Shown piece by piece: positions 1 to 12,896 of a stretch of 64,000 nucleotides of DNA (the first letter of the stretch is position 1; every line of letters begins with the position of its first letter). Source of the stretch: Isurus oxyrinchus (Eukaryota). Location: contig JANJGN010000121.1 of the NCBI GenBank assembly GCA_026770705.1, forward strand, positions 372,001 to 436,000, written 5' to 3'. The position numbers were made by a program, and so were the translations under genes. The notes under the pieces are model-generated. The model was not told where the DNA came from. It was given only the letters and a program-made list of their open reading frames with translations, and did no database searches.

Positions 1-305
1 TAAAATAATACATTATCAGATCACTGTCACCTTGCTTTGTGGGATCTTGCTGTGCACAGGTTGGTGCCGTGTTTCCTACATTACAACATGACAATGCTTC
101 AAACATATATCGTTGACTGTAAAGTGTTTCGTGACGATCTGGTCATTCAATAAATACAGGTCACCCTTTTCAATGTATCATTTATTGATAATTTGATCAA
201 TGAAATATATGAATATTAATCAAACTCCAATTTCTGCCTGTTCACTGTTGACTAAAACCTGCCAAGACCCTGAGTCACATAAGGTGATGTCAGGGACAGA
301 TGACC

Positions 306-1192
306 TTGTGAAGAGGGTGTAAGGAGGCTACAAATTGACAGAGAGAGGTTAAGTGAATGGGCAAAAAGTGCACAATGTGGGGAAATGTGAAATTGTCCAT
401 TTTGACAGGGAGAATAAAAAAGTAGCTTATTATCTCAATGGTGAGAGATTGCAGAGCTCTGAGATTCAGAGGGATCTGGGTGTCCTAGTGCATGAATCAC
501 AAAAGGTTAGTGTGCAGGAACAGCAGGTAATTCGGAAAGCGAATAGAATGTTATCATTTACTGTGAGGGGCATTGAATCCAAACGTAGGGAGGTTACACT
601 TCAGTTATACAGGGGGCTGGGGAGACCACATCTGGAGCTTTGTGTTCAGTATTGGCCTCCTTATTTAGGGAAAGGTGTAAATGCATCAGGAGCAGTTCAG
701 AGAAGGTTTATTGGACCAACACCAGGAATGGGCGGGTTGTCTTATGAGGACGGGCTGGACAAGTTAGACTTGTATCCACTGGCATTTAGAAGAGGAAGGG
801 GAGACCTGATTGAGAGATTTAAGATCCTGAGGGGCCTTGACAGGGTGGATGTCGGGAGGATGTTTCCTCTTGTGGAAGAAGCTAGAACTAGGCGTCACTG
901 ATTAAAAATAAGGGTTTGATCATTTATGACAGAGATGAGGAGAAAATGTTTCCTCTCAGAGGGTCGTGAGGCTTTGGAACTCTTCCTGAAAAGGCAGGAA
1001 ATAGAGTCTTTGAATATTTTTAAGGCGCAGCTCGATAGGTTCTTGATTCACAAAGGGGTGAAAGGTCATCAGGGGTGAGCAGGGAATGTGGGGTGGAGGT
1101 TACAATCAGGTCATCCATGACCTTATGGAAAGGTGGAACAGGCTCGAGGGGCTGAGTGGCCTCCTCCTGCTCCTCATTCCTGTGTTCGTATG
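306..1192 (+). mobile_element. CR1-clade LINE, 3' fragment (RT C-terminus and 3' UTR)
   Basis: ORF 353-901 (RDLGVLVHES...LYRGLGRPHLELCVQYW...RRGRGDLIE) is typical CR1 ORF2 C-terminus; ends in GGCTCGAGGGGCTGAGTGGCCTCCTCCTG 3' motif. Confidence 0.9.
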
Positions 1193-1302
1193 TTTGTTTC
1201 ACCAAAAGCTTTGTCAAAGAGATCGGTTTTAAGGAGCGTCCAAACTGAATGTTTCAACACAGCCCAAAAACCAGGACAGTGATCCAGAGTGATCCAGTGT
1301 GG

Positions 1303-1793
1303 NNNNNNNNNNNNNNNNNNNNNNNNNNNNNNNNNNNNNNNNNNNNNNNNNNNNNNNNNNNNNNNNNNNNNNNNNNNNNNNNNNNNNNNNNNNNNNNNNN
1401 NNNNNNNNNNNNNNNNNNNNNNNNNNNNNNNNNNNNNNNNNNNNNNNNNNNNNNNNNNNNNNNNNNNNNNNNNNNNNNNNNNNNNNNNNNNNNNNNNNNN
1501 NNNNNNNNNNNNNNNNNNNNNNNNNNNNNNNNNNNNNNNNNNNNNNNNNNNNNNNNNNNNNNNNNNNNNNNNTCTAGGTGTGTATGTGTGCGTGCGTCTG
1601 TGTNNNNNNNNNNNNNNNNNNNNNNNNNNNNNNNNNNNNNNNNNNNNNNNNNNNNNNNNNNNNNNNNNNNNNNNNNNNNNNNNNNNNNNNNNNNNNNNNN
1701 NNNNNNNNNNNNNNNNNNNNNNNNNNNNNNNNNNNNNNNNNNNNNNNNNNNNNNNNNNNNNNNNNNNNNNNNNNNNNNNNNNNNNNNNNNNNN
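1303..1793. other. Assembly gaps (1303-1572, 1604-1793)
   Basis: N runs. Confidence 1.
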
Positions 1794-1960
1794 CTGCACT
1801 ATCGGGGGGTCAGTAGGAAGGGAGCTCTGCAATGTCAGAAGTGAATTTTTATCAATAAAAGCAGATGATCTATTGTTAAACAAACTGTAGTTTATGGGTT
1901 TTTACTGTGTACCATGTGGACTATAATGGCCAAATTAGAATAAAGGGTGTCTGTACTTAC

Positions 1961-2257
1961 CTTGTACAGTTAGTACGAGGGTCCGCTCCGATGAAACAGA
2001 TGGATATCTCACTCTGCAGCTGAGATTGTGTCCATGGTGTTTGAGTGATGGGATCAGGGTCAGAACAGAAGTATAGGTCAGAGTGACACCATGCTGAGTT
2101 ACAGTGTTTGAGACTGATCCAGGTACGTCAGTGGGAGTGTCCCAGGTTAAGACAGGTGCTGCTGTTCCATTGCACGTTGTGTTGAAGGTGCAGCTTACAT
2201 CCACACACTTTCCTGCAATAATTTCAGCAGGGAATATCGTGGGTTTATCTGTGAAAT
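1961..2257 (-). CDS. Siglec-like gene A, C2-set Ig domain exon
   Basis: ttag|AT acceptor, CAAG|gtaagt donor, 297 nt phase 1-1, DFTDKPTIFP...SCTFNTTC...LTW...LSCRV...LTVQ. Confidence 0.9.
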
Positions 2258-3116
2258 CTAACACACAGAAAATGGATCCTTTTAGAGAAATATAACGTGA
2301 AGCATCAGTTCAAATAGAAATCACAGTCCCACAAGAGAAAGCACTTTTACAAGGATGATATCAGAACTGAGAGGTTACAATGATCAGGAAAGATTTTCTT
2401 GCTCTTTGGCAGTAGTGTTTCTGTCTCTCAGCTTAATACACGTTCACTCCGAGACATGTGAATTGAGAACACTGGATGAGAGAAGAGGCTCAGACCAGAG
2501 ATTGGAGTTAAAAGCAGAATACTGCGGATGCTGGAAATCTGAAACAAAAACAAAAATTGCTGGAAAGACTCAGCAGGTCTGACAGTATCAGTGGAGAGGA
2601 AGACAGGGTTAACGTTTCGAGTCCGTATGACTCTTCATCAGACCAGAGGTTTGAGTTCACTGGCTTCTCATTTCCTCAGTGATCTGGGTGATTTATCACC
2701 TTGTGGTTTGTTGGATCTTGCTGTGCACAAACTGCCTGCTGTGTTTTACATCTGTGACTACAATTCAGGAATAATTTAATTGGCTGTGAAGGGATTTGGA
2801 TCCTCCTGAGGTGGTAAATTGCGCTGCAGAAATGCACATCTTTCTTTTATTAATACGTCAGACTTTTAAACAGGACAGGAGAGATTGATGGGAATGGATT
2901 ACCTGATAATACAGTTAATGCTTTTCATCATTGATATTAAAGTGAGTATTAGAGGTTGCTTTAGAACTGAACTGGAAGCTATCACCAGGTTATTGAGAAT
3001 TAGACAGTGTGTTATAATATGCTGTGTTTTGTGTTAATATGTAAACGTCACAGTTTGTGTTACTTCCCATTGAGAGTTGAAAGTGAATTGTTGAGTAATT
3101 ATAACACAGCACTTAC

Positions 3117-3482
3117 CAGAAACGTGAAGCTGGGTTACAGGATAGTAGCTGTATTTATTTCTGCTGTCAAATTCTATTCTGAAAAAATAAGGTCCTTCAT
3201 CTTCCCGTCTGATGTTGTTTATAATCAGGGAACAGTCACCATCTTTCAGGTCTCCAGACAGCCGGGTCCGATGGTGGAACCGTGGTAACTCGTGACTGTG
3301 ATCCTTGGAGTGAAAGGCTATAGACGATGTTCTCCATTCCTCATTATTAAACCAGATTGCAACTCGTGGTTGCTTTTCCAAATGTGATGGATAACTGTAA
3401 TGACATGGAATCTGTACACAGGAACCTTCCTGCGCTGTCACCTCTCGTGGAGTGTCACCTTTCCACTCTTGTGACAGTCCAA
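3117..3482 (-). CDS. Siglec-like gene A, V-set sialic-acid-binding domain exon
   Basis: ccacag|TT acceptor, TCTG|gtaagt donor, 366 nt; QEW...GSCVQIPC...GDCSLIINN...GPYFFRIE...NKYSY, i.e. Siglec Cys pattern and F-strand Arg. Confidence 0.92.
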
Positions 3483-6400
3483 CTGTGGAGAGAAAAATCA
3501 ATACTTAATTCTGGATGTTTTTTCGATCCACTAGACTTGATATCCACCCTCTCCATCACTGGGGCACATTGGCTGCAGTGTGGACCATCTACAGGACACA
3601 CAAGGAACTCCTCAAGGTTTCACAATGGATGGAAGAGAATCCTGGATGCAGGAGTGGACAAGTTCATTCTACATTGGCTCATGCTCCTCAGGACTCTGTT
3701 TAGAATTTTTTCAAATTATTCATTCATGGGACTTATTGCCCATCCCATGTCCATCAGAGGTATTTAAGAGTCAACCACATTGCTGTGGGTTTGAAGTGAC
3801 ATGTAGGCCAGACTGGGTAAGGGTGGCAGATTTCCTTCCCTATAGGTGATCAGTGAACCAGGCTTTTTAATCCCATTCACCTGCTGTGATGGGATTCACA
3901 CCCAGGGCCCCAGAGCATCACCCTGGGCCTCTGGAATACTAGCCCAGTGACAATACCTCTCTGCTACCGCTTCCCCTTAGTGAAGACAGTCTTCCACCCA
4001 ACACAGTGTCTACAAGACGCACCAATTGAGATCCATTCAGTGCTGATTTACAAGACAGGACAATGGATTAGGAGCACTCAGAACTCCCCCCATTATCACC
4101 GTCATGAATCACTAATTAGCCTAACATTCCTGTCTGCTCTTCAACACAGCTGATTGGCTAATCTGATTCAATCTGATTGGTGTTCATTCCCTCTTCAATG
4201 TTTAAGGAATTACCAATCACTCGGCCTCTAGTTATTCTCCTGCCCACAAGAGGCAACATTCTCTCTCTACCCAGTCAATCAAAACCTTTCATCTAAACCT
4301 AGTGGTACTTGAGTATATAGTGGGGAATCCAGGGCAATGGAGCCTCAGGAGAAGAAATGGAAACCCTGTGAGGTGGAACGTCACTGAGGCCATCCGAGTT
4401 GAAGCGACTTTTGGAGAGAATTCCAAGGCAAGATCTTCGAAGTTGAAGATTGGAATCCCTCATGAGAGAAACAGAGTTTCAGTGAGATTGGTTGACTGAC
4501 AGTGTTCACTGATGTCCGGGTGGGTTGTTGTGAAATCCATGGGCTCTATCTTGGTTGCGTTTACAATTTAATGAGTAATGTGGCTGTGAGACCACAGTTT
4601 GCCTGTTAATTCACATGAGCTCATATTAATCCAGAATGTTAGGGTATAAGGTGGATATTGTGAATTATTTTATCTTTCTGAGCTGGTAAAGTTATTTTTG
4701 TTTGTTTAAAAGCCATGGAATCTTGTAGCTTTATTCTCTTCGCAAGCGTCTTAAATCTCAAACCTCGTCTACTTGAAACAAAATATTATTGGTTCCTAAC
4801 TGTAAATTATCAAAAAAAATTGGGTGCCTGTTCCTCCATCAGCAACTCTTCAGAATCCTGCTGAAGTCACGGATATTTCAGAAGGACAGGGAACAAGAGG
4901 TTTCTGGTATCAGCGTTTTGTGTGGGGCCCAGTTCAGTTTGAACAAATAAACAACACCATCTTTGAAAGTCATGAACCCACCACAGCGGCACCTCCGACA
5001 CATGCAGAGCTCAGGCGAGAGGCGCTTTGTTAGTGTGTTTCACAGTGTCTGCTGGAGTAGGGTCAGTGCTGAGAGGGTCTGCTCAAGGATCATAACAACC
5101 TGCACTTGCACCTTCCAAGTAATAAGATTTTGTAAATGTATTCATTCATGGGATGTGGGCGTCGCTGCCAAGGCCAGCATTTGCTGCCCATCTCTAATGT
5201 CCCGTGACATAATCTCTGTAGCAGAGTAGAGACAATCATGATCACTCAGGATATTTGACATCTATCCACAAGAGCAGCTTAGGCTTCCTTCTCTCTTTCA
5301 GTTATCTTACTCCCTTATTGAAGTTTCTAGCATGGTGAGAACTGGATGGTTTGCTCGGACATTTCAGAGGAACCACGTTGCTATGAGTCTGGAGTCACAT
5401 GTAGGCCAGACCAGATATAGACGGCAGATTTCCTTCCCTAAAGGCCATTAGTGAACCAGATGGGTGTGTATGACAATCGATGATAGTTTCATGTTCTCCA
5501 TTACTGAGACTAACTCCCATTAGTGTAAACAGAGTGAACAGTTTTCCATTGATCCCACCTTTCCCGTTCTCTCCGGTGTTTTACACACTATTGCTCGATA
5601 ATTTGATTCTGCCAAGGACCCCTTGGAAAATCATGGACCCCAATTAGACAACCAATGGAATAAGGAATCTCTTTGGATTCTCATTGTCTAAGGAATCTCT
5701 TTGGATCCTCATTGTCTAAGGGATTATTTCTGATCCAAACCCCATATTGTTGTACTGTTGATTCCGATGCAGCATTGTAGACTGACTTGTCCCCAAGCTC
5801 AGCACTGACCCTACTCCAGCAGACACTGTGAAACACAATAACAAAGCGCCTCTAGCCTGAGCTCTGCATGTGTCGGAGATGCCGCTGTGGTGGGTTCATG
5901 AATTTCAAAGATGCTGTTGTCATTTGTTTTGTTCAAACTGAACTGGGCCCCACATGAAATGCTGATACCAGAAACTTCTTGTTCCCTGTCCTTCTGAAAC
6001 ATCTGTGATTCAGCAGGATTCTGAAGATTTGCTGACAAGGGTCTTAAATTGTCTGATTGTTGAATGATACAACACAGGAGGAGCTTGTTTGACCCATCGT
6101 GCATGTGCTGACTCTCTCCCAATTCCTCTCCAGCACCTTTCGCACATCCCTGCAAATTTCCCTTCAAGTATTTATCCAGTTCCCCTTCTGAAAGTTCCTG
6201 TTGAATCTGCTTCCACCGCCCTTTCAGGCAGTGAGTCAATGGTCTCTCTCTGAGCTGCAAGGTCCTCAGATTCTATGAAATTTATACTCTGCAGCAGATC
6301 AGAGACAATCATGATAACTCAGAATACACAGACAGCTTTGCCTCCCTTCTCTCTTTCAGTTATCTTGCTCCCTTATCAAAGTTTCTGGCATGGTGTGAAT

Positions 6401-6893
6401 GGACAGGAAGTGTGACACTGAACAGCCTGTCTATTCTAGGAGCTGCTGTGTTGTCTTCATGGGAAGTTTTGAATAAAGGCAGCAAAGGACACAAATTTCA
6501 GGTTATTGCTATCGGATAACTCTCATTAGGATAGGCTTCACCCACCAGGTTTTATCCCTGCTTCTCTATTCAATCCATCAATCCCGATTGCTCACTGACC
6601 AACGTCTGACAGCACCTGAATTTTGAGATTCTGCTCTCGCTGCTACAAACCTGCCTATCCCTGTACACTCCTCCAGCCCCTACAACCCTCCAAGGCCTCT
6701 GCTGTCCTCCAATTCTGCTGTCAGACAGGGTGTCAGTGTATATCAGTGAGCAGAGGAGTGATGGATGAATGGGACATAGTGTGAGTTTGTACACTGGCTC
6801 ACTGCTAAATCAGTTCCCAATTAGAGGTCAATAAGAATGATCTTTTACAAAGACTATTAACCATAAGTCTGTCCAAGCTGATGATGATATTAC

Positions 6894-6933
6894 CTTGGAG
6901 AAGTGACAGGAGGAAGTAAGATTTCCCGATCAT
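6894..6933 (-). CDS. Siglec-like gene A, signal peptide exon (MIGKSYFLLSLLQ)
   Basis: ATG at 6933, 40 nt, CAAG|gtaata donor; phase 1 joins V exon as LLQ-V-GLSQEW. Confidence 0.88.
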
Positions 6934-7365
6934 TGTCTGCTCCCAAATATTCCTTTAGCTTCTAACTCTGAAGTTCTGAAAGAGAAAGGAGTTAATGAGA
7001 CTTCACCTCTTGTCCGAATGCTCTCGAGAGATCAGAACTGCTTTTAGACAATATCTTCACAGACTACTTTGATTCTCTGTGGGATGATAGGTGCTCTGCA
7101 GAGAGTTACAAGGCTTTCAGAAAGAAAAACAATGAAGGACTTGCATTTCTATAGCACCTTTCACCACCTCAGGATGCCCCAAGCTCATGTCCCTTGAGCT
7201 AGAAAGATGTTCTGTACAACAGACTTGAGCCTCACACCCAGATCTCAATAATCAGTAGAAATCTTTCAAAGGCATCGATCATTGGAATCTGTCTTAATAA
7301 AGTCACAACATCAACAAAGGACGGTGTTGGTGGTGGAAGTGAATTCCAATCGTTCTGTTACTTAC

Positions 7366-7450
7366 CCAGGACCTGTCCGACTGCTCGCCTGGGGAGGAAC
7401 TGCCCACACGCTCTGCTTGGGCTGAATGACCTCTTCCTGTGCTGCTCCCT
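7366..7450 (-). other. 85-nt putative non-coding first/5'UTR exon of gene A
   Basis: Strong CTGG|gtaagt donor; homologous copy lies upstream of the leader exon in genes A, B, C and D. Confidence 0.6.
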
Positions 7451-7493
7451 CTGTGTATTTAATTAGAAAGGGCTGATGTGTCACTGTGAGATA

Positions 7494-7505
7494 AAATGAG
7501 GAAGT
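7494..7505. promoter_or_regulatory. ETS/PU.1-type site AAATGAGGAAGT about 45 bp upstream of the 85-nt exon
   Basis: Purine-rich GAGGAAGT core; same position in gene B (29477-29488). Confidence 0.4.
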
Positions 7506-7559
7506 TGGAACAAAGTGAGAGAACAGCACTTTGCTGTGCACTGTCAGTAAACCCTGTGT

Positions 7560-10500
7560 CTGTATAAGAATATAAGAACAGAACAAGTAGGATCAGCTGG
7601 ACACCCTGACATTTTCACTCCTTATATTCCATCCACTCATTATTTTATCCACTCACGGAAACTATTTATCTCCCTCTGCAGCCTCTTTGTGTCCTCCTCA
7701 CAACCAGCTTTCCTGCCCAGCTTCTATATTTCCTACCTATCTTCACCATACAGTCAGAAAATCTGCCTACAGCACAGTCAGTCCCTTCATCCAAGTCACT
7801 AATGTAGATTGTGAATAGTTGAGGCCTCAGCACTGATCCCTGTGGCTCTCCACTAGTTACAGTTTACCAAGCTGAAAATCACCCATTTATCCTGGCTCTC
7901 TGTTTCCTGTCAGTTAGCCAGTCCTCTATCCATATTAATATATCACCCCCAACACCATTCAATTTCACCCTGTGCAGTATCCTTTGATGTGGGACCTTAT
8001 CGAAAGCCTTTTGGAAATCCAATGTCATGAAGAGATATTTGTGTGTAACGTGTGCTTGGAAATAATATTTTCAAATAGAATTCTAGTGGTGGTCCATGTA
8101 TAGGGGTATGTCTGTGTGTGTCTTAATTGGATTAAAGCCAGCTGGTCTGTGTGCTTTGATGTTTAGTAGTTTTGAGATGTTATTTGGGTGAATTGTGAGG
8201 AGAACAGTAAAGTGTTCATTTGCAATTGTTGAATAAACCATTCCAGACTGGGGGTAAAATCTTGCACCTAGTTAGAAGGAGCCAAAAGATGTGTTTTTTC
8301 TTGAACTTACTAATGAAATTGGTGCTATGAAAGGGGGTTTATTGTTCGAAGAGCTGGAGTTCAGAAGACCGAGTGATACAATGGAAAATTTACATTCAAA
8401 GGGAAAGCTAGCTATATAAAGGAAGGAGTTTGTGTGTGTGAGGCAGGAGCATTTCAGACCTAACCAGCTTGTAGCCTCCAACCAACTTGCAAAGGAACCT
8501 CATTCGGAACTCGTAATGTCAAATGTGCTTTGCCTGGTGTCTATATTATGTCAATGGTTCATTGTTGTCTTAGTAGAGATTTATGTGAGGTTGATTAATT
8601 GGGGGATTTGTTAAAAAGTTTTTATAGTAGTTATTTGTAGCCAATGTGTATGTGTTAAATTTGTTGTTAAATTAATAAATGGTTTATTTAGTTTTATATA
8701 AAAAACCCAAAATCCTCGGTGGTCTTATTCCTACTGAATTCAAAGTCTTCATCTCGAAATTACAAACAGCAAAATTGGGTTATGACAGTTGTTTCAAATT
8801 TCCCTCTGGGATTTGAACAACTCAGCCTTTACCCTTGGCTGTGTCATAGTCCCTAATACACCACGTCTACAGGTTCCACTTTATCCAATCCACTTGTTAC
8901 ATCCTCGAGGAAATCTAATAATTTTTTCAAACATCTTATCCCTTTCACAAACCCATGTTGACTCTGTCTGATTGAATTATGGATTTCTAAATGTCCTGCT
9001 GCTCCCTCCTTCATAATGAATTCTGGTATTTTCCCAATGACAGATATTAGACTAACTGACCTGTAGTTTCTTGCTTTCTGCCTCCTCCCTTTATTGAACA
9101 GAGGTGTTTCATTTATGTTTTTCCAATCCGCTGGGACCTTCCCATAATCTAAGGAATTCTGGAAGATTACAACCAATGCATCCACCGTCTCTGCAGCCAT
9201 TTCCTTTCAGACCCTCACATTCAGGCCGTCTGCTCCATGGGACTTGTCAGCATTTGTCTCATTAGTTTTCTTAATACTTTTTCTCTGGTGATAGTGATTG
9301 TTTTATGTTCCTCCCTCCTTGTTGCACCGTGACTTTCTCCTGCTATTGGGATGGTTTTAGAGATTTTTACTGTGAAGACAGACACAAAATTCTTGTTGAA
9401 AGTCTCTGTCATTTCCTTGTTTCCCATTATTAATTCCCCAGTCTGATTTTCTATGTGTCCCATTATTACTGTAGCTTCTCTCTTATTTTAATGTACAACA
9501 TCTCACTGTCATTGTTTATGGTTCTTGCTAGTTTACTCTCATATCATCATTTCTGCCTCCTTATATTTCTTCCCTCACTTTTCTGGTTTCTCAAATATTC
9601 CCAATCTCCAGCCTATCACTAAGCATCCCAACATTGCCGGCTTTATCTCACAATTGGATACCGTCCTTAGCTTCCTGAGTTAGCCGCCGATGCTCCATCC
9701 TTCTTATAGATTCTTTCTTTCTTACTGGAAAATATCTTCATTGGAATTTATGAAAGATCTCTTTAGACGCCTGTTACTCCTCATCTACCTCCATCCCCCC
9801 TTTAACCTGCTGTCCCACTCTACTTGGGCCGACTCTGCTTTTAACCCTTGTAATTGCCTTTAGTTAAGTTTATGACACTAGTTTCAGACACAAGTTTCTA
9901 AACTGAATATTAAATTTCAACACCGTATGATTACTCTTCCCTTGAGGGTCCTTTACAATGAGATGTTAATTAGTCTTGTCTCATTAAACATTGCCAGGAC
10001 TAAAACAGCCTCTTCCCTGGTTGGTTCCATGTTGCATTGTTCTAAAATACTGTTCTGAATACAATCTGTATAATCTCGCTGAAAGCTACATTTGCTAATT
10101 TGAGTTGTCTAATCCATATGACGATTGAAAACTCCCATGATTAATGTGGTGCCTTTCTCACAGACCTCCTGATGTATTGATTTATAATCTGTCCCTGCAG
10201 TGTAACTACTATCAGGGGGGAGTATAAACCAACCCTCCAGTGATTTATTTCCCTTGTAATTTCTTATATTCACCCAAACTGACTGTGCATTTTGACATCT
10301 GAGCCAAGATCATTTCTCACTATTTTACAGGTCTCAACTTTTATTAACAGAGCTACCCCACCTCCTTTTCATTTTTCCTATCCTTTCAAAGATTCCAAAT
10401 ATCCTTCAATTTTCAATTTCCAACCTTGGTCACCATGCAACCAACTCTCTGCAGTGTCCATCTTATCGTACCCATTAATCTCTATTTGTGCTATGACTTC
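7560..10500 (-). mobile_element. Degenerate CR1-clade LINE interrupted by an LTR-like insertion
   Basis: ORFs 8853-9200 (VPADWKNINETPLFNKG...NYRSVSLISV...QHGFVKG) and 9221-9463; split at 8023-8850. Confidence 0.85.
8023..8850. mobile_element. Solo LTR-like element inserted in CR1
   Basis: Starts TGTCATGA, ends ...GTGTCATA; cleanly interrupts CR1; homologous to the elements at 13625, 16523 and 19572. Confidence 0.65.
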
Positions 10501-10529
10501 ATTCATTTGTTCCAACTTTATATTTTATA

Positions 10530-11270
10530 TATTCATTCTTCCATGGGAAGTGGGCATCACTGGCTAGGCCAGCATTTATGGCCCATCCCTAATTACCTTG
10601 AGAAGGTGGTGGTGAGCTGCCTTCCTGAACCTCTGCACTCCATGTGGTGTAGGTACACCCACAATGCTGTTAGAGAAGGAAGTCCAAGATTTTGACCCTA
10701 GTGGCAGTGAAGGGACGGCGATATATTTCAAAATCAGGATGATGTGTGGATTGGAGGCGAACTTCCAGGTGGTGGTGTTCCCCTATGCCTGCTGCCCTTG
10801 TGCTTCTTGATGGTAGAGGTTGTGGGATTGGAAGGTGCTGTTGAAGGAACCTTGCTGAGTTGCTGAAGTTCATGTTGTAGATGGGACACACTGCTGCCAC
10901 TGTGCATTGACGATGGAGGGAGTGAGTGTTGCTGTGGTTGAGGGGGAGCCAATCAAGCGGGGCTGCTTTGTCCAGGGTGGTGTCAAGCTTTTGAGTGTTG
11001 TTGGAGCTGCACTCATCCAGGCAAGTGGAGAGTATTCCATCACACTCCTGCCTTGTGCTATGTTGATGATGGACAGGATTTGAGGAGTCAGGAGGTGAGT
11101 TACTCACCGCAGGATTCCCAGCCTCTGAGCTGCTCTAACTGTCATAGCATTTATGTGGCTGGTCCAGTTCACTCTCTGGCCTATGGTAACCCCCAGGATG
11201 TTGATATTCGGGGATTCAGTGATGGTGCTGCCATTGAATGTCAAGGGGCTTGGTTAGATTCTCTCTTGCG
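10530..11270 (-). mobile_element. Non-LTR retrotransposon 3' fragment (second LINE family, CR1/L2 superfamily)
   Basis: Same family as 14720-15185, 17795-18260, 20665-21130 and 50345-51380 (...CSNSARLLQQHLPNPRPLPSRRTRAA...). Confidence 0.75.
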
Positions 11271-12522
11271 TGCATTCAGATTAAGAACCTTTCTGTCTTT
11301 TCCCCAGTTCCCCTACTCTGACCTTATTTGCTGGGACACTGGTTGATGCTGGTTTCAGTCTCAGTTTGTCTCAGTTGGTCACACTCTGGCCTCTGTCTCG
11401 AGACTGATGTTCCCTCTTGGTAGTGACAGTGATGGGGGTGTTGGGGAGGTTGTGGATATTGACCCCACTGCTCCCCTTCCCCCACTCCGCCATTCTATCC
11501 TGGGAGACCTGCCAGGATCCTTGTTCCAGCTGCAATGGGCAGCCCTTCCACACTTTCCTGTCGGTCCCGCACTTCATGTGTAAAAGCGCTAAGTTAGAGC
11601 GGGGATGGAGAAATGAACAGGGGGCATGGGATGAGTGTGGGGGTCTCACAGCCAGAACTGACCCTGCCCTCAACTCTGTGGAGGGGGGGAGGTTTCACCA
11701 GCTCTCTGTCTTAACAACATCGTAACCACAGTGTGAAGATTGTCCCCATTCCCTGTATCTTTATAATATTGTAAAGACAACTGGGAGATGTCCTGCAGTC
11801 TCTGAGAAAGAATTTGGTGTGCTTACAGCACTACCACTGGCAAGAGAGTGTAAGCACAGTGTGACATGTTTACATGGGAAATTTTCATGATAAATGTGGA
11901 CACAGGAATTTACATAATTTGGTGGGGAAATGCAATGACACGAATTAACAGATTGGAGCAGGGAGGTTGTCCCAGAGTAGGATATTTAATAAAAATATAT
12001 CTGTACAGAGTTTTCTGGGCATTTAAATCCCTTGTGACAATAAATGTAATATTATAGAAAATGCAAAGGCTTCTTGTAATCTATCACAGAATGAACTAGT
12101 TGCAGAATTCAGAAAGCACATTCTAAAATGTTAACAAGGTTCAGTGACGTCACATTTCTGCTAATTACTATTCAGCCATGTTGGCTGCACGCAGTCAGGC
12201 AGTCCCTCGGTTGTGATGTGTCCACACAGTAGGACTGGGATGCATCAGCATCAAGGGACATGCTTAGTTGTTGCCGTGCAATGCATTTATTGCGAGCCTG
12301 TTGCACACACGCCCTGTCGAAGGAGTATCCATGGTTCCATTCTGAATCGAGGCAGGTCCAAGATACTCCAACAACTTGCATTTGTATAGCACACTTAATG
12401 AGGCAAACTGTCCCAGAGCTCTTCAGGGGATTGTTCGAGATATAAATCCATCTCTGAGACACATAATGAGATATTAGGGACAGATGACCAAAAGCAGAGT
12501 TAACCAAGGCAGTTAATCAGGA

Positions 12523-12709
12523 NNNNNNNNNNNNNNNNNNNNNNNNNNNNNNNNNNNNNNNNNNNNNNNNNNNNNNNNNNNNNNNNNNNNNNNNNNNNNN
12601 NNNNNNNNNNNNNNNNNNNNNNNNNNNNNNNNNNNNNNNNNNNNNNNNNNNNNNNNNNNNNNNNNNNNNNNNNNNNNNNNNNNNNNNNNNNNNNNNNNNN
12701 NNNNNNNNN
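12523..12709. other. Assembly gap
   Basis: N run. Confidence 1.
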
Positions 12710-12896
12710 TCCGCAATGTCGCAGCATCAAGTCGTCACTGGGGAAACATTACATTCCAAACCACACCAACCGCAGACACATTCAGTCCCTTCCTCCCTCT
12801 CTCCCCCTCTCCGCCAGTGGGTTGTCTCATGTTCCAAGGAATCATAATCCCGGCCCCCACCCACAAACCTCCTCACCCCCTCTCCCCGTTTCACAC

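Noticed and set aside
1249-1890. ORFs spanning N runs (also 12500-12730 and 21379-21833)
   Set aside because: Gap artefacts
3117-3482. V exons as rearranging Ig/TCR/IgNAR V segments
   Set aside because: No F-strand YYC; each V exon includes the G strand and ends in a splice donor; scattered CACAGTG heptamers lack properly spaced nonamers
7362-7586. EGAAQEEVIQPKQSVWAVPPQASSRTGPG as a conserved peptide
   Set aside because: Recurrence reflects DNA duplication; this frame does not fit neighbouring exon phases (the only fitting frame is GSSTGRG... in gene C)
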